Origin: a virus
Taxonomy: Duplodnaviria; Caudoviricetes
Length of the DNA stretch: 64,000 nt
Reading direction: 5' to 3' (one strand)
IMG/VR virus record: IMGVR_UViG_3300022752_000013
Shown here: positions 9,882 to 20,641 of the stretch, piece by piece
How the letters are laid out: every line of letters starts with the position of its first letter
Position numbering within the stretch: position 1 is the first letter of the stretch
Notes under the pieces: model-generated
Seen by the model: the letters and a program-made list of their open reading frames with translations, nothing else
Database searches by the model: none
What the model was told of the DNA's origin: nothing
Program-made: the position numbers and the translations under genes

Positions 9882-9904
9882 GCACCCCCTGGGGTGCTTT
9901 TTTT
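9882..9904 (+). terminator. Rho-independent terminator between convergent genes
   Basis: GCACCC-CCTG-GGGTGC followed by T7. Confidence 0.8.
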
Positions 9905-11061
9905 TAAATCTTAAACCAACCTAAAAACTTTTCAATCTTGGCCATTGGCGCAGACCAGTCGCCGTACTTTTCTTGACGGAATAATCTAGCAGTAGTATAC
10001 CAAGGTGAATCATCACGATTCTGCATCCAGCGCCAGCAAGGACCGTATGAATTGAGTGGAATCCACACAGGACGACCCATGGCACCTGCCAAGTGAGCGG
10101 CTGCTGTGTCTACAGAGATCACAAGATCTAGATGATGCATTAGTGCGGCTGTGTCAGCAAAATCCATGATAGTACCAGGGTAGCACTCTACTCCTGCTGC
10201 CTTGACCACTGCCGCATCTTCTTCACTGGCGTCTACTTGTAAACTAACCCATTGGTGTTCGGGAAACTTTCGCACAAGTGCGGCCATGGTTTGTGCTGGC
10301 ATACTCTTGTGCTGATTGATCCATGAATCTTTACGTCCTGACCAAGCAACGCCAATCCTCATGCGATTTTTTGGAACACCTAATCTCTCGGACCAGACTT
10401 TCACACGTTCCGGGTCAGGTTGCACATACTGCAAATAGTGTTGTACATTTTCCAACTTCATGTTTAACAGTCTAGGTAGGCTCATCATGGCAACCCAGTA
10501 ATCAAAAGGACCGATTACATCTTCTGTATTGCAGGTTACTTCTAAAATTGCCGGCGGAGTATTAATCAGCAAAGGTTTGATTCCTGGACTCACATGCAGT
10601 CTAATTTTTGCACCCATGTCTTGAAGATTACCACAAAATCTCAAGAATTGAATTTGATCACCTAGTCCTTGCTCGCCGATGACCAGGATAGTTTTGTCAC
10701 GCAGGTCCTCACCTGACCACTCAGGACTGGGTAGTCGGGGTTTGGTACCATCTAGGTGTTCATAACGCCAACGGCTTTCATACAACTGCCACCCTTGTTC
10801 ATAGTTTCCTAACATCAACTGTGCTACCGCTAGATTGAATTCTGCTGTGACACTAGCGGGATCTAAAAGTCTTGCAGTTTCCAAAAAAGGAATGGCACGT
10901 TGTGTATGTCCCATTTCTCTTAGCACATTGCCGTAGTTGTTGAATGCGCCTGAATGGTTGGGATCTTGTACAAATGCCTGTGCATAAAATGCAATGGCCT
11001 GTTCAGGATTGTGTTGTTCTCTGGCCAGGTTACCACTGGCAATCAAGTCGTTTGTGTTCAT
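9904..11061 (-). CDS. TPR-repeat glycosyltransferase (GT9-like GT-B domain)
   Basis: N-terminal TPRs (AFNNYGNVLREMG, AEFNLAVAQL); GEQGLGDQIQF; DTAALMHHLDLVISVDTAAAHLAGAMG. Minus-strand TAAATA (11067-11072) supports start 11061. Confidence 0.88.
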   Translation of the reverse strand: MNTNDLIASGNLAREQHNPEQAIAFYAQAFVQDPNHSGAFNNYGNVLREMGHTQRAIPFLETARLLDPASVTAEFNLAVAQLMLGNYEQGWQLYESRWRYEHLDGTKPRLPSPEWSGEDLRDKTILVIGEQGLGDQIQFLRFCGNLQDMGAKIRLHVSPGIKPLLINTPPAILEVTCNTEDVIGPFDYWVAMMSLPRLLNMKLENVQHYLQYVQPDPERVKVWSERLGVPKNRMRIGVAWSGRKDSWINQHKSMPAQTMAALVRKFPEHQWVSLQVDASEEDAAVVKAAGVECYPGTIMDFADTAALMHHLDLVISVDTAAAHLAGAMGRPVWIPLNSYGPCWRWMQNRDDSPWYTTARLFRQEKYGDWSAPMAKIEKFLGWFKI

Positions 11062-11123
11062 GAAGATATTTAAGAAAACAGCCATGCCGGGTAAAATAAA
11101 ACTGTTTTTCATAAATACTTGTC

Positions 11124-11194
11124 AACGCAATACTGCGTTTTATGCGGCGATTAACCCCACCGCGTAGTGCCTAGAACGCACATAGGGCTTCTAT
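11124..11194 (+). ncRNA. Candidate structured 5' leader (four abutting hairpins)
   Basis: AACGCA/TGCGTT, TATGCGG/CCGCGTA, GTGC/GCAC and ATAG/CTAT stems between TAAATA (11112-11117) and the AAGGAG SD. Confidence 0.5.
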
Positions 11195-11207
11195 AAGGAG
11201 AAATCAA

Positions 11208-12047
11208 ATGGGAAGAGCACTTAAAATTCAAAAAAACAACGTTGGTTCTGGATCTACTGTCACAGGTAACCCTCCAGTAACAACCTACAACCAAACCATC
11301 TTGACTGATGCTGGTTTTCCAAACTTTGGCAGTTTGACCTCACCAGCAACTCCATATAATTCAGCCAACACATTCAATTCAGATCAGTTTGTGGGTGTGG
11401 TCGGTGGCATATTTACTACCAGTACTCCAAGTGCAACTTTTCCAGAAATTTTCTGTCTGGTTAACATTGTTTTGGCTGACGGTACAAGTACCTTTGATAT
11501 TGCCAGCGAGTACGCAGGTCGTATTATCCGTCAAAAAGGTTCGCACAAGTTCCTAGTTGCATACACATACGCAAGCACTGCCGACGAAGCCATGATTATT
11601 GGACAGGCCTATCAAGTGGCTTCTGTTGGCACTACTAACTGGGCTGCTTGCGGCGGCAGCGCCGATACTGCTGTGGGTGACATCTTTACTGCTACTGCTG
11701 TTGGTTCTGGCACAGGCACAGTATATCCAGTGGGACAATGTGTGTTGTCAAACACAGCCACACCAGCAGCCGGTAACATGAGTATTGAATACTCAGTAGG
11801 CGACTCAGCCGCTGTGTATGCCAGTTACATTACCAACAAGTGGATTCGTGACTGGAACGGCATGACTTATGGCACTTACAGCAGTAGCAACCTTGGCGAA
11901 AACATCTACTCAAGTGAAAACTTCTATGTAACCAACTTCTTCACCGACGAAGGTACAGTCACATGGTCTGGTGCAGAGATTATCAACGGTGTGGAAGCAC
12001 CAAACGGTAGTTTGCAGTTGGCTCAAGTGGTCAACGTTACAAGTTAA
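11208..12047 (+). CDS. Hypothetical virion structural protein
   Basis: 279 aa S/T/G-rich, strong SD, late promoter, own terminator. Confidence 0.6.
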   Translation: MGRALKIQKNNVGSGSTVTGNPPVTTYNQTILTDAGFPNFGSLTSPATPYNSANTFNSDQFVGVVGGIFTTSTPSATFPEIFCLVNIVLADGTSTFDIASEYAGRIIRQKGSHKFLVAYTYASTADEAMIIGQAYQVASVGTTNWAACGGSADTAVGDIFTATAVGSGTGTVYPVGQCVLSNTATPAAGNMSIEYSVGDSAAVYASYITNKWIRDWNGMTYGTYSSSNLGENIYSSENFYVTNFFTDEGTVTWSGAEIINGVEAPNGSLQLAQVVNVTS

Positions 12048-12063
12048 TTTGTGGCACCCCAAC

Positions 12064-12095
12064 ATCCTCCTTGCTAACTACAAGGGGGATTTTTT
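12064..12095 (+). terminator. Rho-independent terminator
   Basis: ATCCTCCTTG-CTAACTA-CAAGGGGGAT-TTTTT; the loop holds a TAACTA late-promoter variant. Confidence 0.75.
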
Positions 12096-12683
12096 ATGAC
12101 TCGAGCATTTGTATGTGGCAACGGTATCAGTCGACAAGCCGTGGATCTAACGCAATTAAAACTGTTAGGCAAGATCTACGGCTGTAACGGGCTCTACAGA
12201 GATTTTGAGCCTGATTGTCTTGTGGCCACAGACAAACCCATTGCTGAAACCATACAGAATTCAGGTTACAGTGCCGCACATAGATTTCACACTCGCAAGC
12301 CCATCCCAGGCCTAGGAGCGTTGCCTGTGCCTAAAAAGTATCACAGCAACAGTTCTGGACCCATAGCCACTGCTCTTGCGGCGCTAGATGGGTGTAAAAC
12401 TATCTATATGTTGGGATTTGATATGGGACCTACTGTGAATCAAAAATTCAACAATGTATACGCAGGTACAGATTTTTACAAACGCCCAGATGCCGCACCA
12501 ACCTACACTGGCAACTGGGTCAAACAACTGTGTGCAATCTCTCAAGATTTCCCACAAACAAATTTTATACGTGTGTGCGGTTCATCCACAGCAGACATAC
12601 GAGAATTAAAATACCTTAACAATCTAGTTCATATACCCATGCAAATGTTCTTAGATCGTGTGACAACCGGCCAAGAACTGTAG
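12096..12683 (+). CDS. Maf/DUF115 (MptE-like) putative glycosyltransferase-related protein
   Basis: VCGNGISR, IYGCNGLYRDFEPDCLVATD, SSGPIATALAALDGCKTIYMLGFDM pattern. Confidence 0.6.
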   Translation: MTRAFVCGNGISRQAVDLTQLKLLGKIYGCNGLYRDFEPDCLVATDKPIAETIQNSGYSAAHRFHTRKPIPGLGALPVPKKYHSNSSGPIATALAALDGCKTIYMLGFDMGPTVNQKFNNVYAGTDFYKRPDAAPTYTGNWVKQLCAISQDFPQTNFIRVCGSSTADIRELKYLNNLVHIPMQMFLDRVTTGQEL

Positions 12684-12742
12684 TATTTTTACAATCTCAG
12701 AGTATATTTGATTTCGGTAAATACACTCAGAGACACTAATTT

Positions 12743-15700
12743 ATGACACAGTATATCATTGACACTGGCGCTGCCCCTGATGACGGACAAGGTGATCCGT
12801 TACGAACTGCGTTTACCTATACCAATCAAAACTTTGATCAGATTTTTGCGGCCGGTCCAGTACTCAGTAACATTCAAATTGGTAATACTACTATTACCAC
12901 CACAATACTCAACAGTAATCTAATACTGAGCCCGTCTGGAATTGGACGAATACAACTCAACAACACACTGTTTCCTAGACTGGGCGATGTTTACGATATA
13001 GGTACGCCTAGTTTACGTTTCAATTCTATCTATTTGGGAACTGGTGGAATTGATACGACTGGTGGAATAACAACCACAGGCAACGTCACAGCCGGATATT
13101 TCATTGGCAATGGCAGCCAACTCACAGGTATTGTGGCCACAACTGGTAGTCAAGTTGTAAACGGTAACAGTAATCTTGATATTCCATCTGCTGGATCCAA
13201 CATCTTTGTCACTGTCAACGGCACCAGCAATGTTGTGACATTTGCCAGCACCGGTGTGTATGTTGCTGGCACAGTAAGTGCAACTGGCAATATTGCTGGC
13301 AACTATATTTTAGGTAACGGTGCGTTACTAACTGGTATCAACATTGGTTACGGCAACAGTAATGTGGCTGCCTTCTTGCCTACCTACACAGGTAACTTGG
13401 TTAGTTTAACCGGACCAGTAACAACCACAGCCAATGTTACAGGTGGTAATCTAAGAACTGCCGGCCAAATTTCGGCAACAGGTAACATCACTGGTGGTAA
13501 CATCAACACTGGTAGATTAAATGCTGGATATATCACTACAGGTACTACCATAAGTGCGATAGGCAACATTACCACCAGCGCATATTTTATTGGTGATGGT
13601 AGTCAACTTACAAATCTACCAGCAGGAAATTACAGCAATGCCAATGTGGCTGCCTTTTTGCCCACCTATACAGGTAACCTAGTTAGTCTCACTGGACCGG
13701 TAACTACTACTTCTAACATAACTGGTGGCAATTTACGAACAACAGGACAGATATCAGCCACCGGAAATATTATTGGTGGTAATGTTGATACTGGTAGACT
13801 AGATGCTGACAGCGTCACAGTTACAGGACCAATCACAGCAACAGGTAATATCACCGGCGGAAATTTAATTGGAACGTCTGTTGTGGCAACTGTGGTCAGT
13901 GCCACTGCCAACGTTACTGGTGGAAATATTATTACCTCTGGACTGATATCAGCCACAGGTAATATACAAGCCGGCAATCTCAATGTACCTGTCGGGACAG
14001 TCACTGCCGGAACAGTCAGCGCATCAGGAAATGTTCGCGGTGGCAATCTTATTACCTCGGGACAAATATCAGCCACTGGTAATCTTGTGGCCGGTAATGT
14101 TGATACAACCAGACTGGATGCCGATTATATCACTGTGGGCGGATATGTATCGGCCATTGGTAATGTTTACGGAAATAACTTTATTGGCTCTTCGCTGTCA
14201 GTTACTGGAAACGTTTCAGCAGGAAACGTTGCAATTACAGGCACATTTGGCGCCGCATCTCTCAGTGCCGCTGGTAACATCACTGGCGGCAACTTAATTA
14301 CATCTGGCAATGTTATTGGCAGTTACTTTGTTGGTAATGGTAGTTTACTAACTGGTATCACAGTCAGTGCTGGTACTTCAATCTTAAACGGCAACAGTAA
14401 TGTTGCGGTGGCTGCCAACGGCAATGTTACCATAAGTTCAGCAGGTGTAAGCAATGTTGTGACAGTCAGTGATACAGGGGCTTATGTAGTTGGTGTTGTA
14501 AGCGCAACAGGAAACGTCACTGGAACGTATTTGTTGGGTAACGGTGCATTTATCACTGGCTTGCCAGCAGGATACAGCAATGCCGACGTGGCCAACTACT
14601 TGCCAACATATTCTGGCAACCTACCAAACTTAACCGGGCTCGTATCTACTACAGGTAACATTGCCGGCAACTACTTCATCGGTAATGGTTCGTTGCTAAC
14701 CGGCATCACTGCGTCTGCTGTAAATGCTGCCGCATTGGTTGGCAACACACTAAGTTCGAATGTTTTATATTCAAGTCTAACTTCAGTTGGCAATTTGTCC
14801 AATCTAAGTGTAACAGGCAACGCCGCAGTCGGCAACGTATTAACAGGCGGCATAGTATCGGCCACGGGCAATGTAACAGGTAATTATATCCTGGGTAACG
14901 GTGCGTTACTAACTGGCGTTATCACAAGTGTAGCCAATATCAATAATGGCACAAGTAATGTCACTGTAGTAAGTTCGGGCGGTAATATTACGGTTGGAGT
15001 AGGTGGTACTGCTAATGTAGCAGTGTTCGCTACTTCAGGTGAATATATCACAGGCATATTGAGTGCCAGCGGTAATATTGTTGGTGGTAACATTTTAACC
15101 GGCGGATTGATTAGTTCAACTGCTAATATTGTTGGTGGCAATATCAACACCGCCGGACAAATTTCAGCCGCTGGTAACATATCTGGCAGTTACTTTATTG
15201 GTAACGGCAGTCAATTAACCGGCGTTTCAGCATCTAGTGTAAATGCCAATGCCCTGATTGGTAATACACTAAGTTCAAACGTTTTATATTCGAGTCTAAC
15301 ACAAGTTGGTAATTTAGCCAACTTGAGTGTGATTGGAAACACAGTCAGTGGTAATTTGTTAACAGGCGGATTGATCAGTTCTACCGGAACGGTGACTGCA
15401 TCCAGTTTATTAGGTTCAGTTATCAGTGCTAGTGGCAATGTAACTGGTGGCAACATTAGCACTGCCAATCTAGTATCTACCAAAGATTTTAGTATAACTG
15501 GCAACATCACAGGCAATTTGATACCCAGTGCCAATATAACCTACAATATTGGTACTGCTACAAATGCCTTTAAAGATTTGTACCTAAGTGGAAACAGTAT
15601 CTACTTGGGAGCACAGATTATTAGTTCTAATGCTACTAGCATTAGTACAGGCACAGGAAATCTAGCAGGTAACAATGTAAATGCTGCCAATGCTGTCACT

Positions 15701-18700
15701 GCTGGAACTACGATTTCTGCAGTTGGCAATGTCATTGGTGGCAATGTTTTAACTGCTGGATTGATATCCGCCACAGGTAATGCCACTGCTGGCAACATCC
15801 TAACAGGCGGACTTGTTTCAGCCACAGCCAACATCACAGGTGGCAACTTACAAACAGCAGGGTCAATTACAGCCACTGGTAATGCCACAGTTGGTAACTT
15901 GTTGACTGGTGGATTGATTTCGGCCACAGGTAATATTACAGGTGGCAATTTAAGTATTGTTGGTGGCACATTGGCATTTGCTAATGCTAGTATTGTACAA
16001 ACTAATCCATTAGATTTGGGAATTACTGGTGCTTATCAAATTAGTGTAAAACCTGCAGGCGGATCTTATCAATGGACTTTTGGCAATGATGGTTCTTTAA
16101 CTGGACCAACCGGAGTAGGTACAACCGGGTACCTATCAGCAGTTGGTAATGTAACTGGTAACAATGTTTTTGCCACAGGATTTGCCAGCGTCACGGGTAA
16201 TGTAATTGCTGGAAACGTAAACACCAGTGGTATTCGACCCACCAGCGGCGCATTAACAATTACCACTGCCTCGGGTAATTTAAATCTACAACCAGCCGGC
16301 AACATTGTATTGGCCAACACATTTATCAATAGTGTAGCATATCCAGCGCAAGATACCGATGCCGCAACAAAGTTGTATGTTGACAACATGGTGTCGTCAG
16401 CATTGTCGTTCCACTCACCGGCATATGCGGCCACTACAACTACATTGGCTATTACAACAGGTGGTACTATTACCTATGCTCAACCTAACGGAGTGAGCAA
16501 CGGTATTGGCGCATATTTAAGTACCACTGGATCATTTAACTTGATTGACACAGCCAACGTTCAAACAGCGGGTACACGTATTCTTGTCAAGAACGAAGGT
16601 AATGCAGTCTACAATGGCGTGTATACCTGGAGCAACGCCACTGTTATTGTACGTTCAACTGATGCAGACGAATATGGTCCAGACAGTGTTAACCAACTGA
16701 GTTTAAATGACTATTTCTTCACCACAAACGGTAACGTCAATGCTGGTTCTGCATTTGTAGTTAATGCACCTACAGGTACAATCACATTTGGCACAAGCAA
16801 TATCTCTTTTGCTTTGTTCAGCCAGGCCACAACTTATACTGCCAATGTTGATGCTGGTCTAAGTTTAATAGGTACGCAATTTAATGCCAAAGTTGATCAG
16901 AATACCACTGCATTTGATGTTACCGGCAACATCATTGTCAAGGCTGGTGCTAATCTCACAACTCCCAACATTGGTGCCGCAACAGGTACAAGTTTAAGTG
17001 TAACAGGTAATGTCAACAGTGGCAATGTCACCACAAGCGGATTGATAAGCGCAACTGGCAATGTCACTGGCGGAAATGTACTCACCGCAGGATTAATTAG
17101 TGCTACCGGCAATGCTACACTTGGCAATATTTTAACTGGTGGGTCGATAAGTTCAACCGGTAATATCACAGGTGGTAATCTAATTACCAGTGGTATATTA
17201 TCGGCAACTGGCAACATCATAAGTGTCGCTAATATCAGTGGCGGCAATATTTTAACTAGCGGGCTTGTTTCAGCAACGTCTAACGTAACTGGTGGTAATC
17301 TAACTACAAGTGGATTGATTAGTTCAACTGGCAATATCACCGGTGGTAATCTGCTCACCTCAGGATTGATCAGTTCAACTGGTAATGCTACACTTGGTAA
17401 TGTATTAACTGGTGGTCTAGTAAGTGCCACAGCCAATATTACAGGTGGTAATGTTTTAACTGCTGGTGTAGTTTCGGCTACTGGCAACGTCTCAGGTAAT
17501 TATTTCCTTGGTAACGGTAGCCAACTCACCGGAATTATTGCATCTGGTGGTCAAGGTAACACAATCACTTTGGGAACACCCTCAGACGGTAGTTTAACAG
17601 CCAACGGTGCCTATCAAGGATGGACCACAGGAACTTTTGTTACAGATGGTCTTGATGATTTGAACCAGGTGGCATTTAATATTGCCAACAGCACATACGT
17701 GGGTAACACTTATATCACTGCCAACGTTTATTCTGGACCTAGTCCTCTAACAGTGGCATTCACTGGACGTTACATTGGTAACCCTAACAGTTTCCTGTGG
17801 CAATTTGGTGACGGCACAGCCAACGTTACCACAGCCAACGCTACTCACACGTTTAGTAATGCTCTGGGTGGAACTTATACTGTGACCTTCACAGCCTATA
17901 ACACCAACGGAACATATAACGGTAATGCCGCTCAAGGAGCCAAAGGTTCTACCAGTACTGCCAACATTTCAAACATTGTGGTGTACACGCCAAGTCCTAT
18001 TCCGTCATTTACTTTAAGCAGTAACAGTTTCAATACTGGCAACACCATAACCATAACCAACACCAGTCAGTATGTGACCTGGTATGATTTGAGTTTTGGC
18101 GACGGTACTGCTAACTTTACCGCTGGACCTGGCTTGGGTAACACATCATTTACCAATGTGACTCATCAATACAACTCTGTGTCATCCAATGCAGACAGTT
18201 TGTACAGTGTGATATTGAGTGGAACCAGTAACACAGCCGGTGCTAGTAACGTTACTGTTGTTTCATCGGCCAGTAATGTCAAAGTTTATTCACCACAAAC
18301 AGGCAATGTGTTCCTCACTGCCAACGCGGCCACAGTGATCAACGGTGTTGGCACAATAAGTTTTAGAAACGATTCAAATGGCACACCGGGAAACACCGCG
18401 AGTTTTGGCGCACAGCAATTGTACAACTTCAACTACGGTGACGGTAATGTATCTAACGTCAACGTTGGAACAGGCATTGCTGGTAACCCATCTGCTGCCA
18501 ACCTAACAAACACTTTTGCATTGAGTGCCGCCAACCAAGCAGGCAATGCATACCAACAGTTCACAGCCAACTTGTACTTGTACACTGGCTATAGCACCAG
18601 TCCAGCCAAGTCAAGCAACATTACAATCAGTGTAAATCCACAAGTTCGTGCCAACTATATTGGAACCACTGCCAACGTCATAACAGATGCCACTGCCAAC

Positions 18701-20641
18701 ACAGGCAACGCCAGAGTTGGATACCTCTATACTGACTATAACAATGCCAATCGTTCTACTTTCACGTTCCAGAACACCAGTCAAAACAGTAACTTGGCCA
18801 ACTGGTCATGGGGTGACAGCACATTCAGCAACGGCGTGTCAAATGTGGGTAACTCACTTCACACTTATAACAGCACAGGTGCTTTCACTGTGGCGCTCAC
18901 TGCTAATGGTACACCTAATGGTATTTCCAGCACAGCACAAAGCAACACAATCTCCAATGTTGGCTATATCTTTATTGCCACAAACCCCACAGCACCCACA
19001 AACCTCAGCGGCTTCTCCAACTTGGCTATTGCCAACACCAGCGAAGGAACCAGTCCTTTGTTAGCAGCCGGCGCAAGAGATGCCTCAGGTGGTAACATTG
19101 TGGCCAACGGCGCAAGTGTCACACGTTTTGCAACCACAACAACTATTGCCACTGCGGCCAACATTATTAATGCCAACACCGGAATAAGTTCAAGTCAGTT
19201 GACAGCCAACTTGTTTGCCTATGTCAACAATGCCAATGCCGGTAACGTGACATTTAGCAATGTGAGTAACACTGTTGGAACTTCGGGTGCATTGGTTGTA
19301 ACGCAAGATCGAGACTTGCACGTGGCCAATGCCGCGGTGCCTAGTTATTTCTACAAGGTATTCAATGCCAATATCGCTTGTGCTTTGAGCAGTTTGGGCA
19401 CAGGATACAACAACTACAAGTTGGTAGACTCTGTGACAGGCAACACCAACTACGTGGGATTTGTCAAGGACAATTTGAATTCGTCACCTAGTCTGGTCAC
19501 TGCCAACATCGCAATGGTTGAAGCCACAGCAGGAACTTATAGATATATTTCGGGCATTCCATATTACAATACCGGAAGTCCCACAATTACCATTGCTAAC
19601 TTGGAAGTAGCAAACTTGTCTGGACAAACATTTAGAAGTGCCGATCCGTTTATATTGGACAGCGGAACAGTGTCAGAAGGCTCTGGTGCGGTGTTGTCAG
19701 CAACTCAAACCAAAGCACTCAGCACAATCAACAATGGTGCCAGCAGTTTCTTAACAAGCGCCAACTTGAATGCCAACGTGGGTATAAGTTCAAACTACAT
19801 CCTGGGCAATTTGACCGGCAACATTACCGGTGCCAACAACAGCGTGGCCACCTTGCAGGCCAATATATTCAACGTGATAGGTACCAGTACCACAGTACAA
19901 TTGCCAACCAAGATACAGATGTATGCAGGAGCAAACTCTGGCATAAATGAGCAGTCGATCACTTGTACGCCTACTGCCAACACACAAGCGGCCATACGTA
20001 TTGTGATGAGTACCGCAGGTAACACTCCTGTGTTTGCCAACAGCATAAACTACTATACATCCAATGCTTGGTCCGGAGCACAAACCATTGCTGGTACACC
20101 TGAAGCAGTTGTGAGGTATGGTGTACTCCAACGATATGCAGTTGATTTATCAACAGGATATTTGCCGGTGGGGCCAAACTTGTCAATAGGTGGAAATCGT
20201 ACCACCACACAGTACTTTACTTTTGCGTTTGCAAGACCCAGCCTGGCCAATTTTGACATCAGATTGACCACAACCACAGGTGTTGCAGGTGTTTGGGTGG
20301 CTGCACCAGGAACCACAATTGATTCCGGCGGATTCTCATCGCCTACACCAGGATTTCCAGGCCCTACCAGTACCATCAACGGATGGCTGGAAGCATCTAC
20401 ACAGTATGCCGGAGCAGGGGTTCCTGGTGCTGCCAGCGGTACTGGTGGCAACGGTTCAAACGGATGTGCATTGACTGGTGCAGATGTGATACCGTTAAAT
20501 ACAGCAATAGCCAACGTAGGATACACAATGACCTTGGGGGGACAAAACGCTGCCAATAGTACTGGTACCAACATTTTAATTAGAATTGCATTGGCTTCTG
20601 GACAGTCCATCACAGCCTTGTCGATAGGAGTAGCAACTTAA
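12743..20641 (+). CDS. Giant baseplate-anchored fibre/adhesin (2632 aa) with Gly/Asn/Thr repeats and PKD domains
   Basis: N-terminus IDTGAAPDDGQGDPLRTAF..NQNFDQIF resembles the T4 gp9/gp10 N-terminal motif; (A/G)NITGGN repeats; WQFGDG/LSFGDG/FNYGDG/WSWGDS PKD motifs at about 17730-18920. Confidence 0.8.
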   Translation: MTQYIIDTGAAPDDGQGDPLRTAFTYTNQNFDQIFAAGPVLSNIQIGNTTITTTILNSNLILSPSGIGRIQLNNTLFPRLGDVYDIGTPSLRFNSIYLGTGGIDTTGGITTTGNVTAGYFIGNGSQLTGIVATTGSQVVNGNSNLDIPSAGSNIFVTVNGTSNVVTFASTGVYVAGTVSATGNIAGNYILGNGALLTGINIGYGNSNVAAFLPTYTGNLVSLTGPVTTTANVTGGNLRTAGQISATGNITGGNINTGRLNAGYITTGTTISAIGNITTSAYFIGDGSQLTNLPAGNYSNANVAAFLPTYTGNLVSLTGPVTTTSNITGGNLRTTGQISATGNIIGGNVDTGRLDADSVTVTGPITATGNITGGNLIGTSVVATVVSATANVTGGNIITSGLISATGNIQAGNLNVPVGTVTAGTVSASGNVRGGNLITSGQISATGNLVAGNVDTTRLDADYITVGGYVSAIGNVYGNNFIGSSLSVTGNVSAGNVAITGTFGAASLSAAGNITGGNLITSGNVIGSYFVGNGSLLTGITVSAGTSILNGNSNVAVAANGNVTISSAGVSNVVTVSDTGAYVVGVVSATGNVTGTYLLGNGAFITGLPAGYSNADVANYLPTYSGNLPNLTGLVSTTGNIAGNYFIGNGSLLTGITASAVNAAALVGNTLSSNVLYSSLTSVGNLSNLSVTGNAAVGNVLTGGIVSATGNVTGNYILGNGALLTGVITSVANINNGTSNVTVVSSGGNITVGVGGTANVAVFATSGEYITGILSASGNIVGGNILTGGLISSTANIVGGNINTAGQISAAGNISGSYFIGNGSQLTGVSASSVNANALIGNTLSSNVLYSSLTQVGNLANLSVIGNTVSGNLLTGGLISSTGTVTASSLLGSVISASGNVTGGNISTANLVSTKDFSITGNITGNLIPSANITYNIGTATNAFKDLYLSGNSIYLGAQIISSNATSISTGTGNLAGNNVNAANAVTAGTTISAVGNVIGGNVLTAGLISATGNATAGNILTGGLVSATANITGGNLQTAGSITATGNATVGNLLTGGLISATGNITGGNLSIVGGTLAFANASIVQTNPLDLGITGAYQISVKPAGGSYQWTFGNDGSLTGPTGVGTTGYLSAVGNVTGNNVFATGFASVTGNVIAGNVNTSGIRPTSGALTITTASGNLNLQPAGNIVLANTFINSVAYPAQDTDAATKLYVDNMVSSALSFHSPAYAATTTTLAITTGGTITYAQPNGVSNGIGAYLSTTGSFNLIDTANVQTAGTRILVKNEGNAVYNGVYTWSNATVIVRSTDADEYGPDSVNQLSLNDYFFTTNGNVNAGSAFVVNAPTGTITFGTSNISFALFSQATTYTANVDAGLSLIGTQFNAKVDQNTTAFDVTGNIIVKAGANLTTPNIGAATGTSLSVTGNVNSGNVTTSGLISATGNVTGGNVLTAGLISATGNATLGNILTGGSISSTGNITGGNLITSGILSATGNIISVANISGGNILTSGLVSATSNVTGGNLTTSGLISSTGNITGGNLLTSGLISSTGNATLGNVLTGGLVSATANITGGNVLTAGVVSATGNVSGNYFLGNGSQLTGIIASGGQGNTITLGTPSDGSLTANGAYQGWTTGTFVTDGLDDLNQVAFNIANSTYVGNTYITANVYSGPSPLTVAFTGRYIGNPNSFLWQFGDGTANVTTANATHTFSNALGGTYTVTFTAYNTNGTYNGNAAQGAKGSTSTANISNIVVYTPSPIPSFTLSSNSFNTGNTITITNTSQYVTWYDLSFGDGTANFTAGPGLGNTSFTNVTHQYNSVSSNADSLYSVILSGTSNTAGASNVTVVSSASNVKVYSPQTGNVFLTANAATVINGVGTISFRNDSNGTPGNTASFGAQQLYNFNYGDGNVSNVNVGTGIAGNPSAANLTNTFALSAANQAGNAYQQFTANLYLYTGYSTSPAKSSNITISVNPQVRANYIGTTANVITDATANTGNARVGYLYTDYNNANRSTFTFQNTSQNSNLANWSWGDSTFSNGVSNVGNSLHTYNSTGAFTVALTANGTPNGISSTAQSNTISNVGYIFIATNPTAPTNLSGFSNLAIANTSEGTSPLLAAGARDASGGNIVANGASVTRFATTTTIATAANIINANTGISSSQLTANLFAYVNNANAGNVTFSNVSNTVGTSGALVVTQDRDLHVANAAVPSYFYKVFNANIACALSSLGTGYNNYKLVDSVTGNTNYVGFVKDNLNSSPSLVTANIAMVEATAGTYRYISGIPYYNTGSPTITIANLEVANLSGQTFRSADPFILDSGTVSEGSGAVLSATQTKALSTINNGASSFLTSANLNANVGISSNYILGNLTGNITGANNSVATLQANIFNVIGTSTTVQLPTKIQMYAGANSGINEQSITCTPTANTQAAIRIVMSTAGNTPVFANSINYYTSNAWSGAQTIAGTPEAVVRYGVLQRYAVDLSTGYLPVGPNLSIGGNRTTTQYFTFAFARPSLANFDIRLTTTTGVAGVWVAAPGTTIDSGGFSSPTPGFPGPTSTINGWLEASTQYAGAGVPGAASGTGGNGSNGCALTGADVIPLNTAIANVGYTMTLGGQNAANSTGTNILIRIALASGQSITALSIGVAT

